Source: Clostridia bacterium
GTDB taxonomy: Bacteria > Bacillota > Clostridia > Monoglobales > Monoglobaceae
NCBI GenBank assembly: GCA_045648845.1
Contig: JAZROR010000038.1
Location: 1 to 36,449, forward strand
Direction of reading: 5' to 3'
DNA: 36,449 nucleotides
The position numbers were made by a program, and so were the translations under genes. Positions 26,069 to 33,935 of the stretch are shown in pieces. How positions within the stretch are numbered: the stretch's first letter is position 1; every line of letters begins with the position of its first letter. The notes below the pieces were generated by a model. That model saw only the letters and a list, made by a program, of their open reading frames with translations, made no database searches and was not told the origin of the DNA.

Positions 26069-26713
26069 TTATTTACCTCTTGCCTTTTTGATGTTTTCAA
26101 CAAATTTCTTTGCTGTTTCTGTAATTGCCTGATAGTCACCGGTTTTAGCACCTGCCGTGAGGGCACCGCCTGCACCGCAGGCAACAGCACCTGCCTTTAT
26201 CCATTCGTCAACGTTGTCAACAGAAACACCACCTGTGGGCATCATTCTCGCCTGTGGGATGGGTCCGTTGATTGCTTTGATAATCTTTGGTCCAAACACT
26301 TCACCGGGGAATATCTTGATGATGTCTGCACCCGCTTCCATAGCGAGGACAACCTCTTTGATTGTCATACAACCGGGCATATAAGGAACTCTGTAACGAT
26401 TGCAGAGTTTTGCAGTTTTTTCATCAAAATAAGGGCTTACTATGTACTGTGCACCAGCAAGGATTGCAATTCTTGCGGTTTCTGAGTCCATAACTGTACC
26501 TGCACCAAGGATAATCTCGTCTTCTGTATACATTTCAGAAAGTTCAGCGATTACCTTGTCGGCATGGGGAACAGTGAATGTAAGCTCAATCGCGGGAACT
26601 CCGCCTGCAATACATGCGTCAGCAATCTTCTTTGCCTGTTCAGCACTTTCAGCACGAACAACCGCAACAATACCAACATCTGTTATTTTTTGAATTACTT
26701 GTTCTTTTAACAT
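26069..26713 (-). CDS. eda: 2-dehydro-3-deoxyphosphogluconate / 4-hydroxy-2-oxoglutarate aldolase
   Basis: 214-aa class I aldolase of KDPG-aldolase type (IELTFTVP, IKIFPG with the Schiff-base Lys region, PTGGV). Confidence 0.85.
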   Translation of the reverse strand: MLKEQVIQKITDVGIVAVVRAESAEQAKKIADACIAGGVPAIELTFTVPHADKVIAELSEMYTEDEIILGAGTVMDSETARIAILAGAQYIVSPYFDEKTAKLCNRYRVPYMPGCMTIKEVVLAMEAGADIIKIFPGEVFGPKIIKAINGPIPQARMMPTGGVSVDNVDEWIKAGAVACGAGGALTAGAKTGDYQAITETAKKFVENIKKARGK

Positions 26714-26748
26714 TTTTTCATCCTCCGAAACTTATTTAAAAGTATATT

Positions 26749-28134
26749 TTACATAAAGAAACGCTGTGCGTTGTATGAACAAATGTTCTGGATAAGCGTT
26801 TTAAGAATTTCTTCATTGTCGGTGAACATTTCGTCTTCAACCCACTGTCCAACAATATTACAAAGAATTCTTCTGAAATATTCGTGCCGGGGATATGACA
26901 AAAAGCTTCTTGAGTCTGTAAGCATACCCACAAAGGTAGCAAGCGCACCCTCATTTGCAAGACACTTTATCTGGTCTTCCATGCCATCCTTGGTATCAAG
27001 GAACCACCAAGCAGAGCCAAGCTGAATTTTACCCGGAATTTCATCACTCTGGAAACAGCCCATAAGTGTCGCCATTGTAATGTTATCCTTATTGTTAAGG
27101 GAATAGAGAATTGTTTTGGGCAGTGCTCCCATTTTTTCAAGATGGTTCATAAAGCCCGAGAGCTTTTTGATTTCAAGAACATCAGCTACACAGTCAAAAC
27201 CTGTATCAGGGCCGAGCTTTTCGAACATCCTTGTATTGTTATTTCGAAGAGCACTTGCGTGAATTTGAAGAACAATGTTTCTCCTTGCATATTCTTCGCT
27301 AAGCCACAAAAGAAGTGAAGTTTTATATTTTTCAGCATCCTCAGCCGATACTTTTTTGCCCTTGAGAGCAGCTTTTAAAATCTTGTCAACTTCCTTATCA
27401 TCAGCCACCTGATAAGGCATATTTTCAACAGCGTGGTCTGATGCACGACATCCCATCTCGCAGAAAAAGTCGAGTCTTGCAGAAAGAACATCTTTGAGAT
27501 CTTCATAAGACTTGATTTCCTGTTCTCCAACTTCTGAAAGTTTTTGTATATATTCACAGAATCCGTCAAGGTCAATGTTCACTGCCTTGTCCGGACGGAA
27601 TGTGGGAACAACCACCGTATCAAAGTCTTTTAGTTCTTTGATTTGCTTGTGATATTCAAGGCTGTCAACGGGGTCATCGGTTGTGCCAATGAGCTTTACA
27701 TTTGAGCGCTTGATAACCTTTCTTGTTGTGAAATCACCGCTTGTAATAATTTCACAAGTTTTCTCCCAAATTCTGTCTGCACTTTCTTCAGTAAGATATT
27801 CATCAATGTCAAAATATCTTTTAAGTTCAAGCTGAGTCCAGTGATAAAGAGGATTTCCTGCAGCATAACCAATAGCTTTGGCGTATGCTTTAAACCTTTC
27901 ATAATCACTGGCATCACCTGTTATGTATTTTTCGTCAACACCCATACTGCGCATAAAACGCCATTTGTAATGGTCTCCATAAAGCCATATCTGTGTAATA
28001 TTCTCATAGGCCTTGTCCTCTGCAATATCCTTTGGATTGAGATGACAATGATAGTCAACAATAGGCATATCCTTGGCATAATCATCAAAAAGATGCTGTG
28101 CCGTCTTTGTTTTCAAAAGGAAATTTTCTTTCAT
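26749..28134 (-). CDS. uxaC: Glucuronate (uronate) isomerase
   Basis: Has the UxaC N-terminus FLLKTKTAQHLFDDYAKDMPIVDYHCHL and a typical length (461 aa). Start set at ATG 28134. Confidence 0.9.
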   Translation of the reverse strand: MKENFLLKTKTAQHLFDDYAKDMPIVDYHCHLNPKDIAEDKAYENITQIWLYGDHYKWRFMRSMGVDEKYITGDASDYERFKAYAKAIGYAAGNPLYHWTQLELKRYFDIDEYLTEESADRIWEKTCEIITSGDFTTRKVIKRSNVKLIGTTDDPVDSLEYHKQIKELKDFDTVVVPTFRPDKAVNIDLDGFCEYIQKLSEVGEQEIKSYEDLKDVLSARLDFFCEMGCRASDHAVENMPYQVADDKEVDKILKAALKGKKVSAEDAEKYKTSLLLWLSEEYARRNIVLQIHASALRNNNTRMFEKLGPDTGFDCVADVLEIKKLSGFMNHLEKMGALPKTILYSLNNKDNITMATLMGCFQSDEIPGKIQLGSAWWFLDTKDGMEDQIKCLANEGALATFVGMLTDSRSFLSYPRHEYFRRILCNIVGQWVEDEMFTDNEEILKTLIQNICSYNAQRFFM

Positions 28135-28277
28135 CAATCTCCACTCCCGTCTGTTTTTGTATAACAGTTTATATTGTACCACATTATCCCTGAAAAAGCA
28201 AATATTTTATGCATTTTATTTCATATTTTTTGAAGATTTTTTTAACAAACTCAAACAATCTAAATTCCTTGTAAATA

Positions 28278-28306
28278 TTGACATTCACTTTGCCGTATGC
28301 TATACT
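28278..28306 (+). promoter_or_regulatory. Candidate sigma-A promoter of the beta-helix protein gene
   Basis: Consensus TTGACA (28278-28283), a 17-nt spacer, then TATACT (28301-28306). Confidence 0.55.
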
Positions 28307-28366
28307 TTAATTGCTTTTTAAAAGTGAAACTTATCCATATATTTTATTTTTCAAAGGGGAATTGTT

Positions 28367-29878
28367 ATGATTAAAGCAACACCAGAGTTTTTGAAACAAA
28401 ACGAAGAATTATACGAAAAACGCAAGAGCGAAATCCTTAATACTAAGGATACTCTCGCTATTTCCGGTACTACATATTATGTAAGCACAGACGGCGACGA
28501 CCAAAACGATGGTAAAACTCCCGAAACCCCATGGAAAACTGCCAACCGCGTCAACAGAACCTGGCTTTCAGAGGGCGATGCCGTTCTTTTCAAGCGTGGT
28601 GACCTTTTCCGTGGATTTATGATAAAACCTATGCCAGGTGTTACTTACGGTGCATACGGAGAAGGCGAAAAGCCTAAATTTTACGGTCATATTGAAGACC
28701 TTGCTGATCCTGCCCTTTGGGAATTATCTGACGAAAAACACAATATCTGGAAATACACAAAACTGATTGCTAACCCCGGAGCATTGGTTTTCAACGATGG
28801 TGAAGCTGTTTCAAGAAAACTTATTCCCTCATTCCGTGACCTTCACTATGTATGCCGTGAAGATGAAAGCCGTGATTTTGTTATGGAAAACGAAATGAGC
28901 GAAGACCTCGATATGTTCTGGTATTTTGACAGCTGCTTGCATTTTGGCGGTCCTGAAAGCGGTAATTTCCCTATCCCCGATATTGGTTGTGCTCAATCCG
29001 AATCACCAGGGCTTGGCGAAATGTACTTAAGATGCGATAAAGGTAACCCCGGTGATGTTTTTAAAACCATAGAGGTTATTGCTTTCAAAATGGCTTTCTT
29101 TGTACTTAATATGCCAAACGTTACCATAGATAATATTTGTATGAAATATTATTGTTTTGGTGTTTCTGCATGTGACGTTAAGGGTCTTCATGTTACCAAC
29201 TGCGAAATTGGCTGGATAGGTGGAAACATCCAAACTTTCGGCGGCGGCGACCCCAACTATCCGGAAGGCGGACGCGGTTCTGTTACACGTTTTGGTAATG
29301 GTATCGAAATTTATGGTGCTTGCGATGACTACGTTGTTTCAAACTGTTATATTTATGAAGCTTACGATGCCGGTGCAACGCACCAGTCAAATATGAGAAA
29401 GAAAAAAACCATGGTAAATATCCGTTACACCGACAACATTTTTGAAAAGTGTGTATACGGCATTGAATATTTCCTTGGCTCACACGGTATGGATTTTGGA
29501 AGCTACATGGATGATGTTATTATGAGTGGTAACATATTGAGACTTTCAGGATACGGTTGGGGACAACAACGCCACAATTATCACACACCAGCTCTTATCA
29601 AGGGTTGGAGTTACGAAAACCCGGCAAGCAATTTCTCAATCCACAACAACATTTTCGACCGTTGTGCCTACAGAATGCTCCACCTTGTTGCTCTCAAGCA
29701 GGAATCTTGTCCCGAAATGCACGACAACACATACATCCAGCATCTTGGCGGTATGATTGGTCAATATGGTGCAAACGAAGTAAAAGAACCTGAAATTGAA
29801 ATCTTCGATGAGAACGCAGAAGATAAAATTCTTAATATTTTTGGCGACAAAAATGCAAAGGTATATTATATGGAATAA
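28367..29878 (+). CDS. Right-handed parallel beta-helix repeat protein (pectate-lyase-fold superfamily), no signal peptide; function unknown
   Basis: The N-terminal segment TYYVSTDGDDQNDGKTPETPWKT...GDAVLFKRG is typical of beta-helix carbohydrate-active proteins. Repeated N/I/G-rich rungs follow (VTIDNICM, LHVTNCEIGW, VVSNCYIYE, IRYTDNIFEKC, SIHNNIFDRC). The N-terminus is hydrophilic. Confidence 0.6.
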   Translation: MIKATPEFLKQNEELYEKRKSEILNTKDTLAISGTTYYVSTDGDDQNDGKTPETPWKTANRVNRTWLSEGDAVLFKRGDLFRGFMIKPMPGVTYGAYGEGEKPKFYGHIEDLADPALWELSDEKHNIWKYTKLIANPGALVFNDGEAVSRKLIPSFRDLHYVCREDESRDFVMENEMSEDLDMFWYFDSCLHFGGPESGNFPIPDIGCAQSESPGLGEMYLRCDKGNPGDVFKTIEVIAFKMAFFVLNMPNVTIDNICMKYYCFGVSACDVKGLHVTNCEIGWIGGNIQTFGGGDPNYPEGGRGSVTRFGNGIEIYGACDDYVVSNCYIYEAYDAGATHQSNMRKKKTMVNIRYTDNIFEKCVYGIEYFLGSHGMDFGSYMDDVIMSGNILRLSGYGWGQQRHNYHTPALIKGWSYENPASNFSIHNNIFDRCAYRMLHLVALKQESCPEMHDNTYIQHLGGMIGQYGANEVKEPEIEIFDENAEDKILNIFGDKNAKVYYME

Positions 29879-29889
29879 TTACTCATTTC

Positions 29890-29920
29890 AAAAGACCTGC
29901 CATATGGCAGGTCTTTTTTT
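29890..29920. terminator. Terminator shared by the convergent beta-helix gene and small ORF
   Basis: Stem GACCTGCC/GGCAGGTC (29894-29913) followed by T7 on the plus strand. The T-run for the minus strand is weaker (TTTTGAAAT). Confidence 0.8.
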
Positions 29921-29927
29921 CGTATTT

Positions 29928-30146
29928 TCATCCTTTTTTTCTTTTATCATTTTGGGGCTTTTTCTGTCTATAACTATACACACTGTCATAAACATCCTGC
30001 ACTTCATCTGTCACCGGTGACACCTGAATAAGTCCTGTACATTCGGTTGCAGATGCGGTGCTGCCAGAAAATTCATCAGGAAAAAGACGCGTTTCCCCAA
30101 ATTTTTCGTCAAAAATCAATTTATCTTTTTTGTTTTTCTCTTCCAT
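29928..30146 (-). CDS. Small hypothetical charged protein (72 aa)
   Basis: The ORF ends just before the terminator. I prefer the start at MEEKNKKDK (ATG 30146, GGGGGA SD 7 nt upstream) over the track start at 30161. I recognise no family. Confidence 0.4.
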   Translation of the reverse strand: MEEKNKKDKLIFDEKFGETRLFPDEFSGSTASATECTGLIQVSPVTDEVQDVYDSVYSYRQKKPQNDKRKKG

Positions 30147-30212
30147 TTTATCATCCCCCATGCTATTTTTTGCATAAGGGAAAATTTTATATGTGGAAAT
30201 TTTTGTTTTAAA

Positions 30213-31034
30213 TCAAACCGAAATTTCTCCATTGTCAAGTTTTTCGATAATTTTTGCTATGGCGTGTTCTTCGTTGCTAACAGTTATATAATCAGCAGCC
30301 TTTTTGGCCGTATCCGATGCATTTTCAACTGCCACGCCCAATCCAGCCATTGACAGCATCGGTGCATCGTTATCATTATCGCCTGCCGCAATGGTTTTCT
30401 TAGAATCTATCCCGAGCAAGTCTGCAATATCAAGAACAGCCCTGCCTTTGTTGATGCCCTTTGGTAAAACCTCATAGTATTCCGTTGCGGAACGTACAAA
30501 CTCAAACTCCTCTGCTTTTAGGTGTTTCCCAAGCATTTCCATAAGCTTTTCAACAAGCTTTTCATCCTCGTGGGCAAAAAGGATTTTCGCAATAGGGTCG
30601 GTTACATCATAATAATGGGCAGTCAAGTCAGGATGATTTTCTCTCATACGATGTTTTTCGGTAGCAACACTTTTTTTGCAGAAATATATTTTATCGTGAG
30701 CATTCACTTCAATTCCCATATCAGGCAAATTCTTATCCACGTATTCAACCAGTTCCAGTGCATCTCTTGAAAGATTTACTGACCGCAGAATCACATTTTT
30801 TTCGTGGTCGAATATGCTACCGCCGTTTATGCATCCACAAGGGGCGTTCGGATTTACAAGATTTATCGCTCTTCTTGATGCTATGGGAAGTCTGCCGGTG
30901 ATAAAAGTAAACTTTCCGCCCTCAGACTTAAAATATTCAATAGCCTCAATATTCTCTTTTGATATGGTATTATCATTCTTTAGCAATGTCCCATCAAGGT
31001 CTGTTACAAAAAGTATTCCATCAAACTTCTTCAT
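30213..31034 (-). CDS. Cof-type HAD-IIB sugar-phosphate phosphatase
   Basis: DLDGTLL motif I at residues 12-18, GDNDND motif IV, and a 273-aa length typical of Cof/YidA-like phosphatases. Confidence 0.85.
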   Translation of the reverse strand: MKKFDGILFVTDLDGTLLKNDNTISKENIEAIEYFKSEGGKFTFITGRLPIASRRAINLVNPNAPCGCINGGSIFDHEKNVILRSVNLSRDALELVEYVDKNLPDMGIEVNAHDKIYFCKKSVATEKHRMRENHPDLTAHYYDVTDPIAKILFAHEDEKLVEKLMEMLGKHLKAEEFEFVRSATEYYEVLPKGINKGRAVLDIADLLGIDSKKTIAAGDNDNDAPMLSMAGLGVAVENASDTAKKAADYITVSNEEHAIAKIIEKLDNGEISV

Positions 31035-31064
31035 TTTTTCTGTCCTTTTTCAATAATTTTTTAT

Positions 31065-31093
31065 ATTTTATCATATTTCCCCGTCCAGTTCAA
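31065..31093 (-). promoter_or_regulatory. Candidate promoter of the HAD phosphatase gene
   Basis: Minus strand reads TTGAAC (31093..31088), a 17-nt spacer, then TAAAAT (31070..31065). It lies downstream of the operon terminator. Confidence 0.4.
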
Positions 31094-31131
31094 CAAATAT
31101 TCCACCTACAAAAGAGGATTTTTCATTGCAT

Positions 31132-31172
31132 ACAAAAGAAAAATCAAGGACTATACAAGATAATCCTTGATT
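31132..31172 (-). terminator. Terminator of the deacetylase-kinase-NagB-like operon
   Basis: Stem AATCAAGGA/TCCTTGATT (31142-31172, 13-nt loop) followed on the minus strand by TTTTTCTTTT. Confidence 0.7.
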
Positions 31173-31191
31173 TTTTGGTTAATTCTTAAAA

Positions 31192-32127
31192 TTAGTTACA
31201 TTCAGCAACCAACGGGCCTGCAAGTTCTTTAAGATAGAAGAGCTTGCCTGGAAGTGTAGGCATAAATGTTGAAGTGATGTTCATATCAGGACCATAATGG
31301 AGAGTTGTAAGGAAACTCATTCCCTGCCATCCCATACCTCTACTGAGAGCACCATCACATCCGCCAATAATGGTGTCTGCCTGAAGGAAGAGACCTGGGC
31401 CTATTGTGTTGGCACTGCAAGGTACCAATGTTGTACGACTCTTGAAGCTTGTGATTGCATTCTGTTCGATTGTGAGAGGATGGAGCTTCGCACCAATTCT
31501 ATAGCACTGCTTCTTCCATTCTTCAACTGATGCAAATTCGTCAGCAAACTGGGGTTCCCAGAAAGCGATGTGGCACATTCTTCCGATACCGAATACCAGA
31601 ACAAGCTTTGCGCCCTCTGCTTTGAGAGCGGCAATCTTTTCGGGGTATGTAGGAAGATTTTCCTTTGTAGCAAAGTTACGCTGACTTGGGGGAATTGTTT
31701 TGTCAAGCTTATCAAAGAAAGCCTGTTTCATGCTGTATTCAAATGAAGCAGGATTGTCGTTTGAAAGTGTATTTCCTTCGCTGTCTGCCCATTCATCCAT
31801 ATTGAATGTGTAAACGTGGTCACAGTTTACTTTCCATTCATTAAGGAAGTATACTGCCCATTTGTACATTCCCATAGGACCCACGGGAAGAATCATAGCA
31901 AGCTTTTCGCCTCTGTCACGTGCTTCCTTGATTTTGAGTGCGATTTCATGACCCATAAGAGTGTCAAATTCATAGATATTGTCACATTCTACGGGACTAA
32001 AATCTTTGTGCCAGAAATCTTCACGAGCCACGCCCTTTTCACAGCATTCGTCAATCTTTTTCATATCCCAGCCCTTGGGATAGAAATTTTCCAGCAAACT
32101 ACCTTTTACTGTACTTAAAAAATCCAT
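31192..32127 (-). CDS. Glucosamine-6-phosphate deaminase/isomerase-like protein (NagB / 6-phosphogluconolactonase superfamily), atypically long
   Basis: NagB-like motifs sit in the expected order: LPVGPMG (cf. GLATGSTP), FNMDEW (cf. FNLDEY), [13 protein letters not shown] (cf. GIGxxGHIAFNEP). At 311 aa it has about 45 extra N-terminal residues. AGGAGG SD upstream. Confidence 0.65.
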   Translation of the reverse strand: MDFLSTVKGSLLENFYPKGWDMKKIDECCEKGVAREDFWHKDFSPVECDNIYEFDTLMGHEIALKIKEARDRGEKLAMILPVGPMGMYKWAVYFLNEWKVNCDHVYTFNMDEWADSEGNTLSNDNPASFEYSMKQAFFDKLDKTIPPSQRNFATKENLPTYPEKIAALKAEGAKLVLVFGIGRMCHIAFWEPQFADEFASVEEWKKQCYRIGAKLHPLTIEQNAITSFKSRTTLVPCSANTIGPGLFLQADTIIGGCDGALSRGMGWQGMSFLTTLHYGPDMNITSTFMPTLPGKLFYLKELAGPLVAECN

Positions 32128-32171
32128 AATTATTTTCCTCCTGAATTTTATATTTTATGCCACAGGCACAA

Positions 32172-33113
32172 TTATTTTCTTTCCTCAATAAATTTCATAA
32201 TATCTTCAAAGGGTTTTATACCAGTAGTTGCACCAACTGCCATAACGCAATGCGCACCAACAGCGTTTGCAAACACCATACACTCCTCTGGAGTTTTACC
32301 TGCCGCATAAGCTGCAAGAAATCCTGAGCAGAAGCTGTCACCTGCGCCGGTTGTATCAACCGGATTTTCAATGTAAAAAGGCTTGAACACCTGCCCCTTT
32401 GTTTCGCCATCCTTTCTGAGATAGCTACCCTTTGAGCCAAGCTTTATAACAACATTCTTTGCACCCTTTGAAACAAAAACATCAGCGATTTCATCTGGGT
32501 CTTCTTTTCCTGCAATGCACACCGCTTCATCAATACTTGGCATAAGATAATCTATGTAAGGCATTGACATATCAAGGAGTTTTCCCCACTGACCTTTCGC
32601 ATCCCAGCAAACATCAAGAAATGTGGTTTTTCCCATTTCCTTGCATTTCTTGAGGAACTTCATAGTACCCTCACCATCAAACGTGTCCATAAGGAACGAA
32701 CCGGTAACAAACACCATATCGCACTTTTCGATAATGCTGTAATCAATATCGCTCTCATCAAAAACCGCATTTGTGCCTGTGCAGTGAAAGAAAGAACGTT
32801 CAGCATTCTTATCAATCATAAGAACCGATGCAGATGTCTGGGCTTTGTCGCTTATCTTGAGTCCTTGAGTGTTTACACCTGCTTCGTCAAGACGGCTTTT
32901 CAGAAACTGACCAAACATATCAGCACCTACCATACCCACCATATAAGATTCTGCACCCAGCTTTTTGGTATTGATTGATGCAGTCATAGCGTTTCCGCCG
33001 TTGTGCATGGTAATAGCTTTAACAGGTTCAAGCACACCTTTTTCAGGATAACGCTCAACAGTTTCCACCATTACGTCAGCAACCAAAATTCCAACACATG
33101 CTATTTTTTTCAT
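32172..33113 (-). CDS. PfkB-family carbohydrate kinase (ribokinase-like), substrate unknown
   Basis: GILVADV N-terminus, NGGNA, and a C-terminal DTTGAGDSF anion-hole motif. Its ATG overlaps the upstream stop (ATGA at 33110-33113). AAGGAGG SD upstream. Confidence 0.8.
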   Translation of the reverse strand: MKKIACVGILVADVMVETVERYPEKGVLEPVKAITMHNGGNAMTASINTKKLGAESYMVGMVGADMFGQFLKSRLDEAGVNTQGLKISDKAQTSASVLMIDKNAERSFFHCTGTNAVFDESDIDYSIIEKCDMVFVTGSFLMDTFDGEGTMKFLKKCKEMGKTTFLDVCWDAKGQWGKLLDMSMPYIDYLMPSIDEAVCIAGKEDPDEIADVFVSKGAKNVVIKLGSKGSYLRKDGETKGQVFKPFYIENPVDTTGAGDSFCSGFLAAYAAGKTPEECMVFANAVGAHCVMAVGATTGIKPFEDIMKFIEERK

Positions 33114-33808
33114 GGTAACAACCTCCTTGTCACAACTTTAGGCCAAGCCATCTCTTGTGTAAACGCTTCAGCATAAGGCGCTCCGCACTGAAGACCGCGG
33201 AACTTTGAACATGTTCTTACAAAATCAGCAAAGTCAATATTGTCGTGGTCACGCATCCATTTAAGCTGACTTTCGTGACATTCAAGCATTTCTATTTTGA
33301 GGTCAATTTCATCTGTTATATCCACATATTCTGTAGGATTAAAATTGAGCCCTGCCAAATTGTCCATATAATAAATGGGAACAACAGCAGCCTTACCACT
33401 TGGGCCGTACTGAGGAACGCTTGCCGCAAATGATGCATCAAAAACAAGCTTTGAAACCTCTCTGTGGTCAGGCATATAGTCGTTAGGGCTGTGCGTTATA
33501 ATGAAATCAGGCTGAACCTTTATGATAAGTTCCACCACAGCATCACGCTGCTTTATATCGCTGCCGTTGGGGAGCAAGTCTCCAATATCAAGAGTCACAA
33601 CCTCAATTCCCGCAAGTGAACCAGCTTTCTTTGCTTCTCCTATTCGCATAACTCTAAGCTCGTCTGACGGAATAATTTCGTGTCCCATATTTCCATTTGC
33701 CACATGGCACACAGTAACCTTGTCACCACGCTTCACACATTTTGCAAGTGTTCCGCTGCATGAAATTTCAATGTCATCGGGATGACAACCAATCGCAAGT
33801 ACATTCAT
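33110..33808 (-). CDS. PIG-L/LmbE-family N-acetylglucosaminyl (sugar N-) deacetylase
   Basis: MNVLAIGCHPDDIEISCSGT carries the PIG-L signature (HPDD-E). Downstream HSPNDYMPDH has the metal-binding His/Asp pattern. 232 aa. Confidence 0.8.
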   Translation of the reverse strand: MNVLAIGCHPDDIEISCSGTLAKCVKRGDKVTVCHVANGNMGHEIIPSDELRVMRIGEAKKAGSLAGIEVVTLDIGDLLPNGSDIKQRDAVVELIIKVQPDFIITHSPNDYMPDHREVSKLVFDASFAASVPQYGPSGKAAVVPIYYMDNLAGLNFNPTEYVDITDEIDLKIEMLECHESQLKWMRDHDNIDFADFVRTCSKFRGLQCGAPYAEAFTQEMAWPKVVTRRLLP

Positions 33809-33839
33809 TTTAAAATTTCCCTCCTAAACATAGTTTTTC

Positions 33840-33868
33840 TTGATTTTTCGCTATTTTTATTATATAAT
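33840..33868 (+). promoter_or_regulatory. Candidate sigma-A promoter of the AraC-family regulator gene
   Basis: TTGATT (33840-33845), a 17-nt spacer, then TATAAT (33863-33868). Confidence 0.5.
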
Positions 33869-33887
33869 ATTAACCAGTGGATGTCTT
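33859..33887 (-). promoter_or_regulatory. Candidate activator-dependent promoter of the deacetylase operon
   Basis: Minus strand reads a weak -35 aaGACA (33887..33882), a 17-nt spacer, then TATAAT (33864..33859). Its -10 overlaps the -10 of the divergent AraC-gene promoter. Confidence 0.35.
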
Positions 33888-33916
33888 TAGCAGCATTTCC
33901 ACATTTTTTAGCATTT
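33887..33916. promoter_or_regulatory. Direct repeats, candidate AraC-type operator half-sites
   Basis: TTAGCA occurs at 33887-33892 and 33908-33913 (21-bp period), extended as AGCATTT at 33892-33898 and 33910-33916. The repeats abut the weak -35 of the minus-strand operon promoter and lie inside the regulator's own leader. Confidence 0.3.
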
Positions 33917-33935
33917 TGTTCGCAGAGGTGTTTTT

